From: a bacterium
Lineage (GTDB): Bacteria; UBA8248
Assembly (NCBI GenBank): GCA_965221165.1
Contig: CBDCRP010000003.1
Coordinates: 1,824,001 to 1,888,000, forward strand
Reading direction: 5' to 3'
Length of the DNA: 64,000 nucleotides
The notes beneath the pieces were generated by a model. It worked only from the letters and a program-made list of their open reading frames with translations. It did no database searches and was not told the DNA's origin. Of this stretch, positions 1-9,749 are shown piece by piece. Numbering within the stretch: the stretch's first letter is position 1; each line of letters begins with the position of its first letter. A program made the position numbers and the translations under genes.

Positions 1-365
1 AAGTCTTCGAGGTATAAATCGCGCTGCGTCTGCGTGGTTTCGATCGTGAGCAGTTGGGCGAATTTATAGGTCTGATCCATCGAGACGGCGACGCCCAGAT
101 CGCCGTAGGCGAGTTCTTCGGCCACCATGGCCTGGACCAGATGCCGCGCGCCGAAGCCGCCGAATTTCTCGGGCACGGTGAGCGTTCTGAGTCCCGCGGC
201 GTCGAGTTTATCGGCGATATGCCAGGGATACGCCTCGCCGGGCGCGTGGTTCCTGTCCCTCGCCGCGGCGATGGGGAGGATGTCCTCACGCGCTATCCGG
301 CGCGCGCGGCGCACCATCTCGGATTCTTCGGGGGTCAGGTCCGGCATCATGGCGTTCGGGCGCAT
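1..365 (-). CDS. Acyl-CoA dehydrogenase, N-terminal part (runs off window)
   Basis: Manual translation MRPNAMMPDLTPEESEMVRRARRIAREDILPIAAARD...YPWHIADKLDAAGLRTLTVPEKFGGFG...VAEELAYGD, typical ACAD N-terminal domain; not in ORF track. Confidence 0.8.
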   Translation of the reverse strand, partial: MRPNAMMPDLTPEESEMVRRARRIAREDILPIAAARDRNHAPGEAYPWHIADKLDAAGLRTLTVPEKFGGFGARHLVQAMVAEELAYGDLGVAVSMDQTYKFAQLLTIETTQTQRDLYLED

Positions 366-519
366 CCTTCTGGAAACGAGGTGGGACAACGATGATTCGT
401 CCGATTCCATAGCACTACTTGAGACGTTATGTTCTGTCAATCATATTGGGGTATACCGTGGGAGTAGAAACCCCGAATCCAGGAGGTTTTGGGGACTTAG
501 GCGAGCGGAGCGTGCGCGC

Positions 520-1486
520 ATGAAAATCGTGATTCCAGACGACTACGGGGGAGAGTTCAGGGGCTCGCCCCAACTCGCGCGCCTCGATAAGCTTGGCGAG
601 GTGGCCCATTTCACCGAGCGGCCACGAGATGACGAGGAGATGGCGGCGCGCATCTTGGATGCGGAAATCATCTTGACCGTGCGCTATCAGACGGACTTCA
701 AAAACACAGGCCTGCTCGACGCCGCGCGTGAACTGCGCTTCATCTCTATATGGGGCACGCGCCCCCGTGCGGTGGACATGAAGCGCGCGCGTGCGCGGGG
801 GATTTGCGTTTCCGTGACGCCCGGAGCGGGTAGTCCCTCGGTGGCCGAGCACACGATGATGATGGTCTTAGCCCTGGCGAAGCGGCTCCCGTTTCAGGGA
901 CCCGCCATGCGGGCGGGGGAGTGGGAGCGCGTGCAGGGCGTGGAGCTTCTGGGCAAGAGTCTATCCGTCATCGGTTTCGGGCACATCGGGAGCAAGGTCG
1001 TCCCCATGGCGCGGGGTTTCGGCATGGACGCCCTCGCCTGGTCGAAGAACATAACGGCGGAACGCGCAGCCGAAGCCGGAGCGCGCGGCATCGCTCGATG
1101 AGTGCATGCGCGCCGATTTCGTGACGATACAGCTTCACGTGACGCCGGAAACCAGGGGCATCATCTCGCGGGAGCGAATTGCGCAGATGAAGCCCGCGGC
1201 GTTTTTGATCAACACCTCGCGCGCGGCCCTGGTGGATATGGACGCTCTTCTCGAAGCCTTGCGCGAGCGGCGCATCGGGGGGGCGGGGCTGGACGTGTTC
1301 GAGCCGGATGAGCCTTTGCCGGGCGATTCTCCGTTTCGCTCGCTTGCGCTTGATAACGTGATCCTCACACCCCACGTCGCCGCGCACACTGAAGGTGCGG
1401 TGGAGAGAGAGGCGCGCATGTCCGTGGACAACGTGGAGGCCTACGTTCGGGGAGAGCCTGAGAACCTGGTGTTCGAGGACGCTTAG
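520..1486 (+). pseudogene. D-2-hydroxyacid dehydrogenase (SerA-like), frameshifted near 1085-1095
   Basis: MKIVIPDDY... GFGHIG motif in ORF 127..1101; C-terminal half (LINTSR, GLDVF, TPHVAA) in ORF 1106..1486; adding GC to the GCGCGC run restores ARAASLDECMRADF. Confidence 0.8.
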
Positions 1487-1594
1487 TTTTTCATGCGGGA
1501 GGCGCTTTCAGTCATGCGCGGAAATTAAAATGACTTATAGTAATCGTGAGGAAAACCTAAGTTTTCATACCTTTGTCAAAGAGAGGGAAAAGAG

Positions 1595-2314
1595 ATGTCG
1601 TATCGAATCGAGATGACGGAAGTAGAAGGCAGCGAAATGGAGATTTTTCTGTATGAACCTGAAGGATCGGGACCGCATCCGGGGCTCGTGCTTTGCCAGC
1701 ACATACCGGGCCATCAGGGAATCGAGGGCGATCCCTTTACGGTGAAAACGGCGGAACGCTTCCGGGCGAACGGCTACGCCGTGTCCGTTCCGTTTCTCTA
1801 CCACTGGTGGTCCAAGAGTGACGACATGCAGATAAAGCGCGATGAGTTCAACGACGCGCAGACGGCGCTCGACCTAAAAGCGGGCTTCGACGCCCTGGCG
1901 GCTCTTGATAGCGTGGATGCGGGCCGAATCGGCGTCGTCGGGCATTGCTGGGGCGGGCGCGTGAGCTGGCTGGGCGCGTGCACGGATTCTCGCTATCAGG
2001 CGTGCGCGGTCTTCTACGGCGGCGGCGTGAAGGAGGTGCGCGGCGCGGGCAACCCGCCCGCCATCGAACTGAGCGGGAACATCGCGTGTCCCGTCATCGG
2101 GGTTTTCGGCAATGAGGATCAGAATCCCTCGCCCCAAGACGTGGACGATTACGAGGCGGCGCTCAAAAACGCGGGCGCGGAATACGTGCTCCACCGCTAC
2201 GACGGCGCGGGCCACGCCTTTCAGTGGGAGGACAACCCCGAGCGCTTCCGCGCGGAGCAGAGCGAGGACTCATGGGTGAAGACGCTGGCGTTTTTTGATG
2301 CGAAGCTGAAGTGA
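1595..2314 (+). CDS. Dienelactone hydrolase family protein
   Basis: GHCWGG nucleophile motif, FGNED, YDGAGHAF. Confidence 0.9.
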   Translation: MSYRIEMTEVEGSEMEIFLYEPEGSGPHPGLVLCQHIPGHQGIEGDPFTVKTAERFRANGYAVSVPFLYHWWSKSDDMQIKRDEFNDAQTALDLKAGFDALAALDSVDAGRIGVVGHCWGGRVSWLGACTDSRYQACAVFYGGGVKEVRGAGNPPAIELSGNIACPVIGVFGNEDQNPSPQDVDDYEAALKNAGAEYVLHRYDGAGHAFQWEDNPERFRAEQSEDSWVKTLAFFDAKLK

Positions 2315-2397
2315 GGGGGGAGCCTGAATGGAGGCGCGTGTGGTTGATATAGGGCATCCGGGTTCGTTAAAAAACCCCACAAAACGCTCTTAGCCCC

Positions 2398-2496
2398 CTA
2401 AAAATCAGATTCCAGTATCCACACGCCGGCGCCGAGGCGTTCGCTGATGTAGGTTCTGCCGTCCGCCGCCATGTAGAGGTCGTCCACCTGGACTTG
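2398..2496 (-). pseudogene. C-terminal remnant of an LVIVD-repeat/beta-propeller-like protein
   Basis: Manual translation QVQVDDLYMAADGRTYISERLGAGVWILESDF*, no start or upstream part. Confidence 0.45.
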
Positions 2497-2667
2497 CAAG
2501 AGTTCGCAGTCTCTTCCCCACAGGGGGCGGATCGATGAGATGCCGGATTATACCCGCGCCAGGGAGGAATCGACCAGCCTCGCCTAATCGGCGGACTTAC
2601 CCCTCGGGCGATGCCGCAGGTGCTGCGTGATATTTATTTTCACGGGGTTTTTATGTAGTCTTTCTCC

Positions 2668-2946
2668 ATGCCGAAATTATCCTTGAACCGCTTGATCCAC
2701 GACATCCAGCCCCTCGAAAAACGCGAGGCGTTCCTGCGCGACCCGCTCGAATTCGCTGAAGGGTATGACGTCACCGACGCGGAACTGGCGGCGGTTCGCG
2801 ATTCCGACGTGCGCGCGCTGTGGTCGTTCGGCGCGAATCCCTATCTGCTGCGGGTGCTGCAAATGCGCTCAAGCATATCGGATGCCGATTTCCGGGCGGC
2901 GCTGGCGGGCCTCTCCTATCCGCGACCCGATGAAGGGGAAATATAG
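2668..2946 (+). CDS. Aromatic ring-opening dioxygenase small subunit (LigA-like)
   Basis: 92 aa, REAFLRDP..AEGYDVTDAELAAV...GANPYLL; directly upstream of LigB-like gene. Confidence 0.75.
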   Translation: MPKLSLNRLIHDIQPLEKREAFLRDPLEFAEGYDVTDAELAAVRDSDVRALWSFGANPYLLRVLQMRSSISDADFRAALAGLSYPRPDEGEI

Positions 2947-2947
2947 G

Positions 2948-3775
2948 ATGGCGGAGATAGTCGGGGCGTTCGCGGCGAGCCACACGCCTCTTTTCTTGCT
3001 GAGGTATGACATGCCCGCCGAGGACGTGAAAGAAGAGGTCTTCTCCGGCTACCGCAGGATGGCCCGCGAAATCGTCGAAAGGGGCGCCGAGGCGCTGGTT
3101 CTTCTGGGAAACGACCATCTGCATGCCTTTTCTCTCGACAGATACCCCGCCCTGGCGGTCGGCGCAGGCCCTCGCTTCGGTCCGGTGGAGACGGAGCCTT
3201 TTCTGCCGCGCGATGTATATGAGGGCGCCGAGGCGCTGGCTTCTCATCTGGTGCGCGGATTGCTGGCGAGTGGTTTCGACCCCTTGCTGTGCCGCGAACT
3301 GACGCTTGATCATTCCTTCGTCTCGCCCCTGGCCCTGATGGGCGATATGGGTCTTCCCATCGTTCCGGTTCTTCAAAATACCGTGGCCCCGCCCCTGCCG
3401 CCCGCCGCGCGGTCGTACGATCTCGGCGTATCGCTCAGACGATTGTTGGAGAGCTATGCGGGTCTCGAGCGCGTGGCCGTCGTGGCGACGGGCGCGCCCT
3501 CACACTGGATAGGAACCCCTGAGCAGGGCGAGGTCGACGAGGCGTGGGACCGCGAGGTGATCGACATGCTGCGCCGCGCGGACGCGAAGGGTCTTTCCGC
3601 GTGGCCGCAAGCGAGGATCGATAAGGGCGGAAACGGCGGAAACGAGATCAGGACGTGGATATCCGCCGCGGCCTTGAGCGGAGACACGGAGGCCAATCTG
3701 TGGATATACCGGATAGAACCCCTGTGGTTTCTGGGGGTGACGATTATCGAGTGGCCCATCGGGCCTGCTCTGTGA
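2948..3775 (+). CDS. Class III extradiol dioxygenase catalytic subunit (LigB/DesB-like)
   Basis: MAEIVGAFAASHTP, NDH, LDHS, SHW, NEIRTW motifs; ATG at 2948. Confidence 0.85.
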   Translation: MAEIVGAFAASHTPLFLLRYDMPAEDVKEEVFSGYRRMAREIVERGAEALVLLGNDHLHAFSLDRYPALAVGAGPRFGPVETEPFLPRDVYEGAEALASHLVRGLLASGFDPLLCRELTLDHSFVSPLALMGDMGLPIVPVLQNTVAPPLPPAARSYDLGVSLRRLLESYAGLERVAVVATGAPSHWIGTPEQGEVDEAWDREVIDMLRRADAKGLSAWPQARIDKGGNGGNEIRTWISAAALSGDTEANLWIYRIEPLWFLGVTIIEWPIGPAL

Positions 3776-3797
3776 GCGAACGAGGGAGGATGAGGGT

Positions 3798-4787
3798 ATG
3801 CCGAAAGCGATTCTGTTCGACGAGCTGGGTGGTGCGGACGTGCTCCGCGTGGCAGAAGTTCCTGACCTTGAGCCTGGGGAGGGCGAAGTGCGCATCGTCG
3901 TGGAAACGCTCGGGATCAACCGGGCGGAGATTATGTTTCGAGAGGGACGCTACCACGACAAGCCCGTGTTCCCCTCCCGCATCGGTTACGAGGCTTGCGG
4001 GGCGATAGACGCCGTGGGTCCGGGCGTGGAGGGTCTGGCGGTCGGGGACCGCGTGAGCACGATTCCTTGTTTCTCGATGGTGGAGCACGGGGTGTGCGGC
4101 GAGCAGGCGGTCGTGCCTGCGTTCGCCGCCGCCCGCTACCCGGACAACCTGACGCCCGTGAAGGCCGCGGCCATCTGGATGCCGTATTTCACCGCGTACG
4201 GGGCGCTCGTCGAGTTCGGGCGGGTGAAGGAGGGGGATACCGCCCTGCTCACGGCGGCGAGCAGCAGCGTCGGCATCGCGGCGATCCAGATTGCGAAATC
4301 AAAAGGCGCGCGGGTCATCGCCACGACGCGCGGGGCTGGCAAGAAGGATTTTCTTCTGAACATAGGCGCGGATCACGTCGTCGTGACGGATGAGGAGGAT
4401 TTGGCGGAGTCGGTGATGGATATCACGGGAGGCGTGGGCGCGAACGTCATCTTCGACCCCGTCGTCGGGTCGTCTTTGCCCAAACTCGCCGACGCGGCCG
4501 CCTACCAGGGCGCGATTTTCCTGTATGGCCGCCTCTCGCCCGAGGATGCGGTCATACCCCTGTACCCGGCTATCAGGAAAGGGCTGACATTCAGATGCTA
4601 TACGATTATGGAGATAACGAAGTTCCCGGAAAAAAGAGAGAAAGGGAAGAAATTCATCTATGACGGCCTGGAATCGGGCGCTCTCAAGCCCATCATCGCC
4701 AAGACGTTCCCGCTCGATGACATGGTGGGGGCGCACAAGTACATGGAATCGAACGCGCAGATGGGCAAAATCGTCGTCGAGGTGTAA
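3798..4787 (+). CDS. NADPH:quinone oxidoreductase-like MDR family protein
   Basis: GINRAE, GYEACG, AASSSVG, GKIVVEV. Confidence 0.9.
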   Translation: MPKAILFDELGGADVLRVAEVPDLEPGEGEVRIVVETLGINRAEIMFREGRYHDKPVFPSRIGYEACGAIDAVGPGVEGLAVGDRVSTIPCFSMVEHGVCGEQAVVPAFAAARYPDNLTPVKAAAIWMPYFTAYGALVEFGRVKEGDTALLTAASSSVGIAAIQIAKSKGARVIATTRGAGKKDFLLNIGADHVVVTDEEDLAESVMDITGGVGANVIFDPVVGSSLPKLADAAAYQGAIFLYGRLSPEDAVIPLYPAIRKGLTFRCYTIMEITKFPEKREKGKKFIYDGLESGALKPIIAKTFPLDDMVGAHKYMESNAQMGKIVVEV

Positions 4788-4804
4788 GGCGCGATGCGCC
4801 GGAA

Positions 4805-6454
4805 CTACCCGAACGGGCGGGCGTGGGAGTAGGACAACTCCTCGTTCGTGATGAATTCCAGCAGAGCGGGCGTTCCCTCTTCGGTTTTTCGCCTCGCTTC
4901 CAGGAACGCCGCGCCTACTTCCGCCGGATCCTCCACGCGCTTCGCCCAGCCGCCCAGCGCTCTGGCGATGTCGGCGTATTCGCCGCCCACGTCGCGCGTG
5001 CCGTATTTCTCGTGGGAAATCGCCATGTGGTTGGTCTCCACCGCCATGGTGGAGTTTTTGAGCACCACGGTGCAGATGGGCAGGTTCTCGCGCACGGCGG
5101 TCTCGAAATCGAGCCCCGTCATGCCGAACGCCGCATCGCCCATGAAGTTCACGCAGAACTTATCGGGCGAGGCCAGCTTTGCGCCCATGGCGAGGCCGAG
5201 TCCCGTGCCGAGCTGGTGGGATTTCCCCCAGCCGAGATATGACCTCGGTACATCGGAGAGATACAAGGGCAAGACCTCGTATCGCGGATTGCCCGAATCA
5301 TGGGTGACGATGGCCTCTGCGGGCGGCACGTTCTGCATCAACTCCCAAATCACGCGGTAGGGGTTGATGGGTTTTTCATCAGATGTGAGTTTGGGCGCCC
5401 ATTCATCGAGCCAGGCCTTTCGCGTCTGCGCTACTTGTTCCCTGACTCCCTCGCCTCTTTTGACGCCCTTCACCCGCTCGGCGCAGCAGTCTATGAACTG
5501 GCGCAGCACGAGCTTCGCATCTCCGAGCACGGGATGATCGGCGGCGTAATTCTTGTTGATGTCGACCGGGTCGTTCGTCGCGTGGATGATGATCTTGCCG
5601 CCGGGTACGCGCGTGGCGAGGCCGTGGTCGGTGAGGCTCGTGCCGACGGCGAACACGAGGTCCGCGTCTTTCAGGAAATGATAGGCTGGGCCGCTCATGA
5701 CGCTCGATCCGACGCCGAGAGCCAGGGGATGGTTCCTCTCCGAGATCGCGCTTTTGCCCTCCATGGTGGTCATCACGGGAATCTGGAGGAGTTCCGCCAG
5801 TTCTTTTAACTCATCGGTCGCCTCGGCGTAGAGCACGCCAGCGCCCGCGAGGATCACCGGGCGCTCGGCGTTCAGCAGCGCATCGGCGGCGCTATCCACG
5901 TCCTTTGGGTCTCCCTGGGCGCGCGTTCGCTTCACGGGCGTGTAGCCGCCGAGCATATCCTCAGAGACTTCCACCCCGGCCACGTCTTCGGGCAACTCTA
6001 CGAGCACGGGGCCGGGACGCCCGTTCCTGAGCGCGTGAAAGGCGCGGCGCATGGCGTCCGCGGTGCGCTCGGGCACGTTGATCTGCTCCGCTGATTTCGT
6101 TACCGAGGCGTAGGAGTCGACGGAACTGAACATGGGGAACACGCGGTCGCGCCCCCTGGCGTGGCCGAGGGGGAGGAGCAGCATGGGCGTGGAATCGGAA
6201 TAAGCGGTGGAGATGCCCGGAAAGGCGTTTTCCGCCCCCGGCCCGTACTGCATGGTGAACACCGAAGGCGTGGCGCCGTTGGTGACGCGGGCGAAGCCAT
6301 CGGCGATGCCCACGCCCACACGCTCCTGGCGGCAGACGATGGGCCGGATACCGATAGCGGCGGCCGCTTCGATCTGGACGGTGGTGGGATAGCAGTTCAG
6401 GTGTTCCGCCCCTTCGCGTTTCAGGATTTCAGCGATGACGTCGACGACGCGCAT
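4805..6454 (-). CDS. Thiamine pyrophosphate-requiring enzyme (acetolactate synthase-like family)
   Basis: RQER, GPGAEN, GRPGPV, GDAAFGM TPP motif. Confidence 0.9.
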   Translation of the reverse strand: MRVVDVIAEILKREGAEHLNCYPTTVQIEAAAAIGIRPIVCRQERVGVGIADGFARVTNGATPSVFTMQYGPGAENAFPGISTAYSDSTPMLLLPLGHARGRDRVFPMFSSVDSYASVTKSAEQINVPERTADAMRRAFHALRNGRPGPVLVELPEDVAGVEVSEDMLGGYTPVKRTRAQGDPKDVDSAADALLNAERPVILAGAGVLYAEATDELKELAELLQIPVMTTMEGKSAISERNHPLALGVGSSVMSGPAYHFLKDADLVFAVGTSLTDHGLATRVPGGKIIIHATNDPVDINKNYAADHPVLGDAKLVLRQFIDCCAERVKGVKRGEGVREQVAQTRKAWLDEWAPKLTSDEKPINPYRVIWELMQNVPPAEAIVTHDSGNPRYEVLPLYLSDVPRSYLGWGKSHQLGTGLGLAMGAKLASPDKFCVNFMGDAAFGMTGLDFETAVRENLPICTVVLKNSTMAVETNHMAISHEKYGTRDVGGEYADIARALGGWAKRVEDPAEVGAAFLEARRKTEEGTPALLEFITNEELSYSHARPFG

Positions 6455-6650
6455 GTGCGTTCTCCTATCGGTTCGGTGAATGTGTTTCGTCCGGTGTCAA
6501 GAGTTTCTCACAAGTTTCGGGATAAAGAAATTTGCGCGCACAGGAGCGCGCATTCCGGCGGTTTTGGGTACAATGGCGATCTTCGACCCGCGATGATTTC
6601 ACGGAGCGACAGCGCCGCTCCCGCATCTATCAGAAAAAGGAAGCTCGGCC

Positions 6651-7418
6651 ATGGCGAATCGAGAGGCAACCACGTATGAAGTGAAAAATCACGTCGCATA
6701 CCTGACCCTGAACCGCCCGGAGAAGAAAAACGCCATCAACTACGCCATGCGCAAGGAGGTGCAGGATGCGTACGTGGACATCAAGCACAACCCGGATATC
6801 TGGGTGGCCATCATCACGGCGGCGGGCGATGTTTTCTGCTCGGGCAAGGACATTGTGGAGAAGACGCCGGAAAACGACGGGCAGGTGATGTCGAACGATG
6901 AACTCTATCTCTACCTGCGCTATCTCTATAAGCCTGTCATCTGCGCCATCAACGGGCCCTGCCTGGCCCAGGGAGCGGGCTTTGCGCTGAACTCGGACAT
7001 CCTGATTTTTTCGGAGCGCGGGTCCATGGGCTGGCCGCAGGTGCTCCGGGGAATCTCCTCGGTGAGCGGCCCCGCCATGTGCGCGCACGCGATTCCCTGG
7101 ACAAAGGCGATGAGCTACCTGATGCGCGGCAAGTTCATCCCCGCCGATGAGTGCCTTCGCCTGGGCGTAGCCACCGAGGTGGTGCCGCACGAAGAGCTTC
7201 TCCCCACGGCGGAGCGCTACGCCACCGAAATCCTGGAAGCTGCGCCTAAGGCGGTTTGCGCCATCAAGGAGGCGGCGCGCCGGGGCGAGGACCTGGCCTA
7301 TCAGGACAGGGTCTACATGTCGCGCGACGTGGCGGACCGCATCCTGCACACGGAGGATTCGAAAGAGGGAATCCTCGCATTCAGGGAGAAGAGAAAACCC
7401 GAATGGCGGGGCAGATAG
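6651..7418 (+). CDS. Enoyl-CoA hydratase/isomerase family protein
   Basis: LNRPEKKNA, FCSGKD, KPVICAING, EGILAFREKRKPEW. Confidence 0.9.
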   Translation: MANREATTYEVKNHVAYLTLNRPEKKNAINYAMRKEVQDAYVDIKHNPDIWVAIITAAGDVFCSGKDIVEKTPENDGQVMSNDELYLYLRYLYKPVICAINGPCLAQGAGFALNSDILIFSERGSMGWPQVLRGISSVSGPAMCAHAIPWTKAMSYLMRGKFIPADECLRLGVATEVVPHEELLPTAERYATEILEAAPKAVCAIKEAARRGEDLAYQDRVYMSRDVADRILHTEDSKEGILAFREKRKPEWRGR

Positions 7419-7474
7419 GCTGTAACTTTCCGTATTTTCCTGGGCACAGACAAGAACGATTGAAATGGAGATGA

Positions 7475-8488
7475 ATGCGGATGAGCGATAAACCCGTGGT
7501 CTGGGTGGGAACCCCCTTCATACTGAATTTCGATGATCCGATGGAGATTTTTCAGCCCCTGGTGGATGAGGGGCTGGAGGTTCGCCTGGACGAGTGCCGG
7601 GGCTACATGCCCGAGGAAGACGTCATCGCCAGCCTGCCCGACGTCACCGCCGTCATCGCAGGGGCGGAGCCTTATACTCCTAAGGTGATGGACAACGCGC
7701 CTCTCGTGAGGATTATCGCGCGCGCGGGCGTGGGCGTGAACAACGTCGACATTCCGGCGGCCACCGAGCGGGGCATACTCGTCGCGAACGCGGCGGGGCA
7801 GAATTCCCAGTCCGTGGCGGAGCACCTCTTCGGCCTGATGCTCTGCGCCGTTCGGCGCATCGGCTGGCTGGACGTGAACATCCGAAAGGGCCTCTGGCGG
7901 GAGATTCAACCACCCATGCGCCCTCTGAACGGCATGACGATGGGGATTCTGGGGTTCGGCGACATCGGTAAGCAGGTGGCGAAAAGAGCCGTCGCCTTCG
8001 ACATGAAGGTGATCGCCCACGACATCGTGCAAGACGAGGAAACGGCTGCCGAACTCGGCGTGCGTTTCGTGGGTCTCGAAGAACTGGCGAGAGAATCGGA
8101 CTACCTGACCTGCCACGTGCCCTTGACGCCCGAGACGACACACATCATAGGCCGCGAGATTTTACGCCTCATGAAGCCCGACGCCTACGTCTTCAACACC
8201 TCGCGGGGCCTTGTTTTCGATATCGACGCGGTGGCGGACGCTCTGCAAGAGGGCGTCATCCGGGGCGCAGGCATCGACGTGTTCCCCGAGGAGCCGCCCG
8301 ATTATGCGCATCCCATCTTCGCGCTCGAAAACGCCGTGCTCGCCCCCCATCTAGGCGGCCGGGGCGAGGATGCGATTCGCAACACTCTGCGCCACGCGAC
8401 CAAGTGCGTTCTCGCGTACTTTCAGGGCGAGAAACCGCCCACGCTCGTGAACCCCGAAGCCTATGAGGTACGGGAGCGGGGGAGGTGA
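7475..8488 (+). CDS. D-2-hydroxyacid/phosphoglycerate dehydrogenase family protein
   Basis: GVGVNNVD, GFGDIG, NTSRG, DVFPEEP, PHLGG. Confidence 0.9.
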   Translation: MRMSDKPVVWVGTPFILNFDDPMEIFQPLVDEGLEVRLDECRGYMPEEDVIASLPDVTAVIAGAEPYTPKVMDNAPLVRIIARAGVGVNNVDIPAATERGILVANAAGQNSQSVAEHLFGLMLCAVRRIGWLDVNIRKGLWREIQPPMRPLNGMTMGILGFGDIGKQVAKRAVAFDMKVIAHDIVQDEETAAELGVRFVGLEELARESDYLTCHVPLTPETTHIIGREILRLMKPDAYVFNTSRGLVFDIDAVADALQEGVIRGAGIDVFPEEPPDYAHPIFALENAVLAPHLGGRGEDAIRNTLRHATKCVLAYFQGEKPPTLVNPEAYEVRERGR

Positions 8489-8557
8489 CCTCTCCTACAA
8501 AACCCCGGCGCGTTACTGTGTAGGTCGTTCCCGACCGAAGAGAGAGGGAACGCATAT

Positions 8558-8761
8558 GGGGTTGTTGAAAAAGCCTGATGAACGAGAGTTTGACGCGACC
8601 GATGAAAGAGCAAGAACCACTCCCCCCTTGAGGGTCAGCCTCGACTGAGGAAGGAGAGGCTGCGCTTCCCGAGGGGAAAGCCCGACGCAGAAGCCGAGCG
8701 TTTTGAGCGAAGGCTGATGCGGTGGGGGATCTATTCCGAGCGAGGAGGGGTTGTTGAAAAA
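8558..8761. repeat. Intergenic repeat element bounded by direct copies of GGGGTTGTTGAAAAA
   Basis: Identical 15-mer at 8558-8572 and 8747-8761; GC-rich imperfect palindromes between. Confidence 0.5.
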
Positions 8762-8850
8762 CCCGGTCCTGGGAGCGAGCGCAAATGCAGTTCCTCCTTT
8801 ATCAGTCGGATTTAACCTCCCATTTGCCGTAATGATGATCGTGCGGAATG

Positions 8851-8936
8851 GGTGAAAATATCGAAAAAAAGGTGAAAAATAGAGAAAATATCTGAAAATA
8901 TAAATATTTAATAAATAAGGCGTTATGTTTATTTTC
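8851..8936. repeat. AT-rich phased A-tract element, copy 1
   Basis: GGTGAAAATA..AAAAAAAGGTGAAAAA..GAAAATATCTGAAAAT; inverted homolog at 34621-34716. Confidence 0.65.
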
Positions 8937-9273
8937 CCCCTGGAAACGACCCTGGCGGGGGGAGCCGTTCCCCGAGGTGGTCCAATCCCGACCGGGGAGG
9001 GAGGCCGCCTTTCCAGAGATAGGCCGGTGAACAATCGGACGGCGTTTGGGATGGGGCGGAGTCCTCGCCCGGAAAAGCAACGTCTCCTTATTCCTCGGCT
9101 TTCGCCCACCGGTCGCCTTCGTTCCACGCCCGACTCGGCTCGGAAAAAGCATCGACGGGCGGATTGCGTGAAAGAAGAGAGCCGACCCCACGCCCAAAAG
9201 ACGGGAACTTGGGCGTAGCCCGATCCGCCGCGCTTGGTCATGGTGAAAAGGTTATACAGGGTCGATCGGACGC

Positions 9274-9749
9274 TCATGCTGGAATGAGGCACTTGGACGA
9301 GAAGAATATGGAGTCGGTCTTTTTCGCCGTCCGCTTAGCAGTGAGACGTTTCTCTAGTTGCGACCATCCCTTCGGCAATGGGAACGAATCCGTCGCGCAG
9401 GCATAGGCGACTTTGAATCGCTCCCCGTTTTCTACCGCCCACTCATAAGAATCCTCGGCGGCGTTCTTTGTTTCTCCGGGATAGCTGACGGTGTGGTCTT
9501 CGCCTTGTATGGTGGGTCCAGAAAAACCGCGATGTCGAACTTGCCCTCGACGGATTTCGTGTTGCTCAAGATCCTGGGCGTCACCCCTTGCTCCCACCCC
9601 CGATTCAGGACGCAGACCCTGGCGAGCCTTTGCGCCAGGGCGTGAAAATAATCAACTAACCGCTCGCCCCACCCGATCTCGAATTTACCCATCTCTCCCC
9701 GTTGCGCATTGACACCTCTTCCACTGGCTCTGCTGCAGACGTGCGGCAT
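9274..9749 (-). pseudogene. Truncated, frameshifted DNA adenine methyltransferase (phage-like)
   Basis: AVFLDPPY catalytic motif in ORF 9432..9749; continues in another frame as ...YEWAVENGERFKVAYAC...FPLPKGW (ORF 9274..9597); N-terminus missing. Confidence 0.6.

Noticed and set aside
8905-8935. dif site (ATAA-GGCG-TTATGTTTATT)
   Set aside because: Spacer is 4 bp rather than 6, the XerC arm is poor, and it lies within a repeated element
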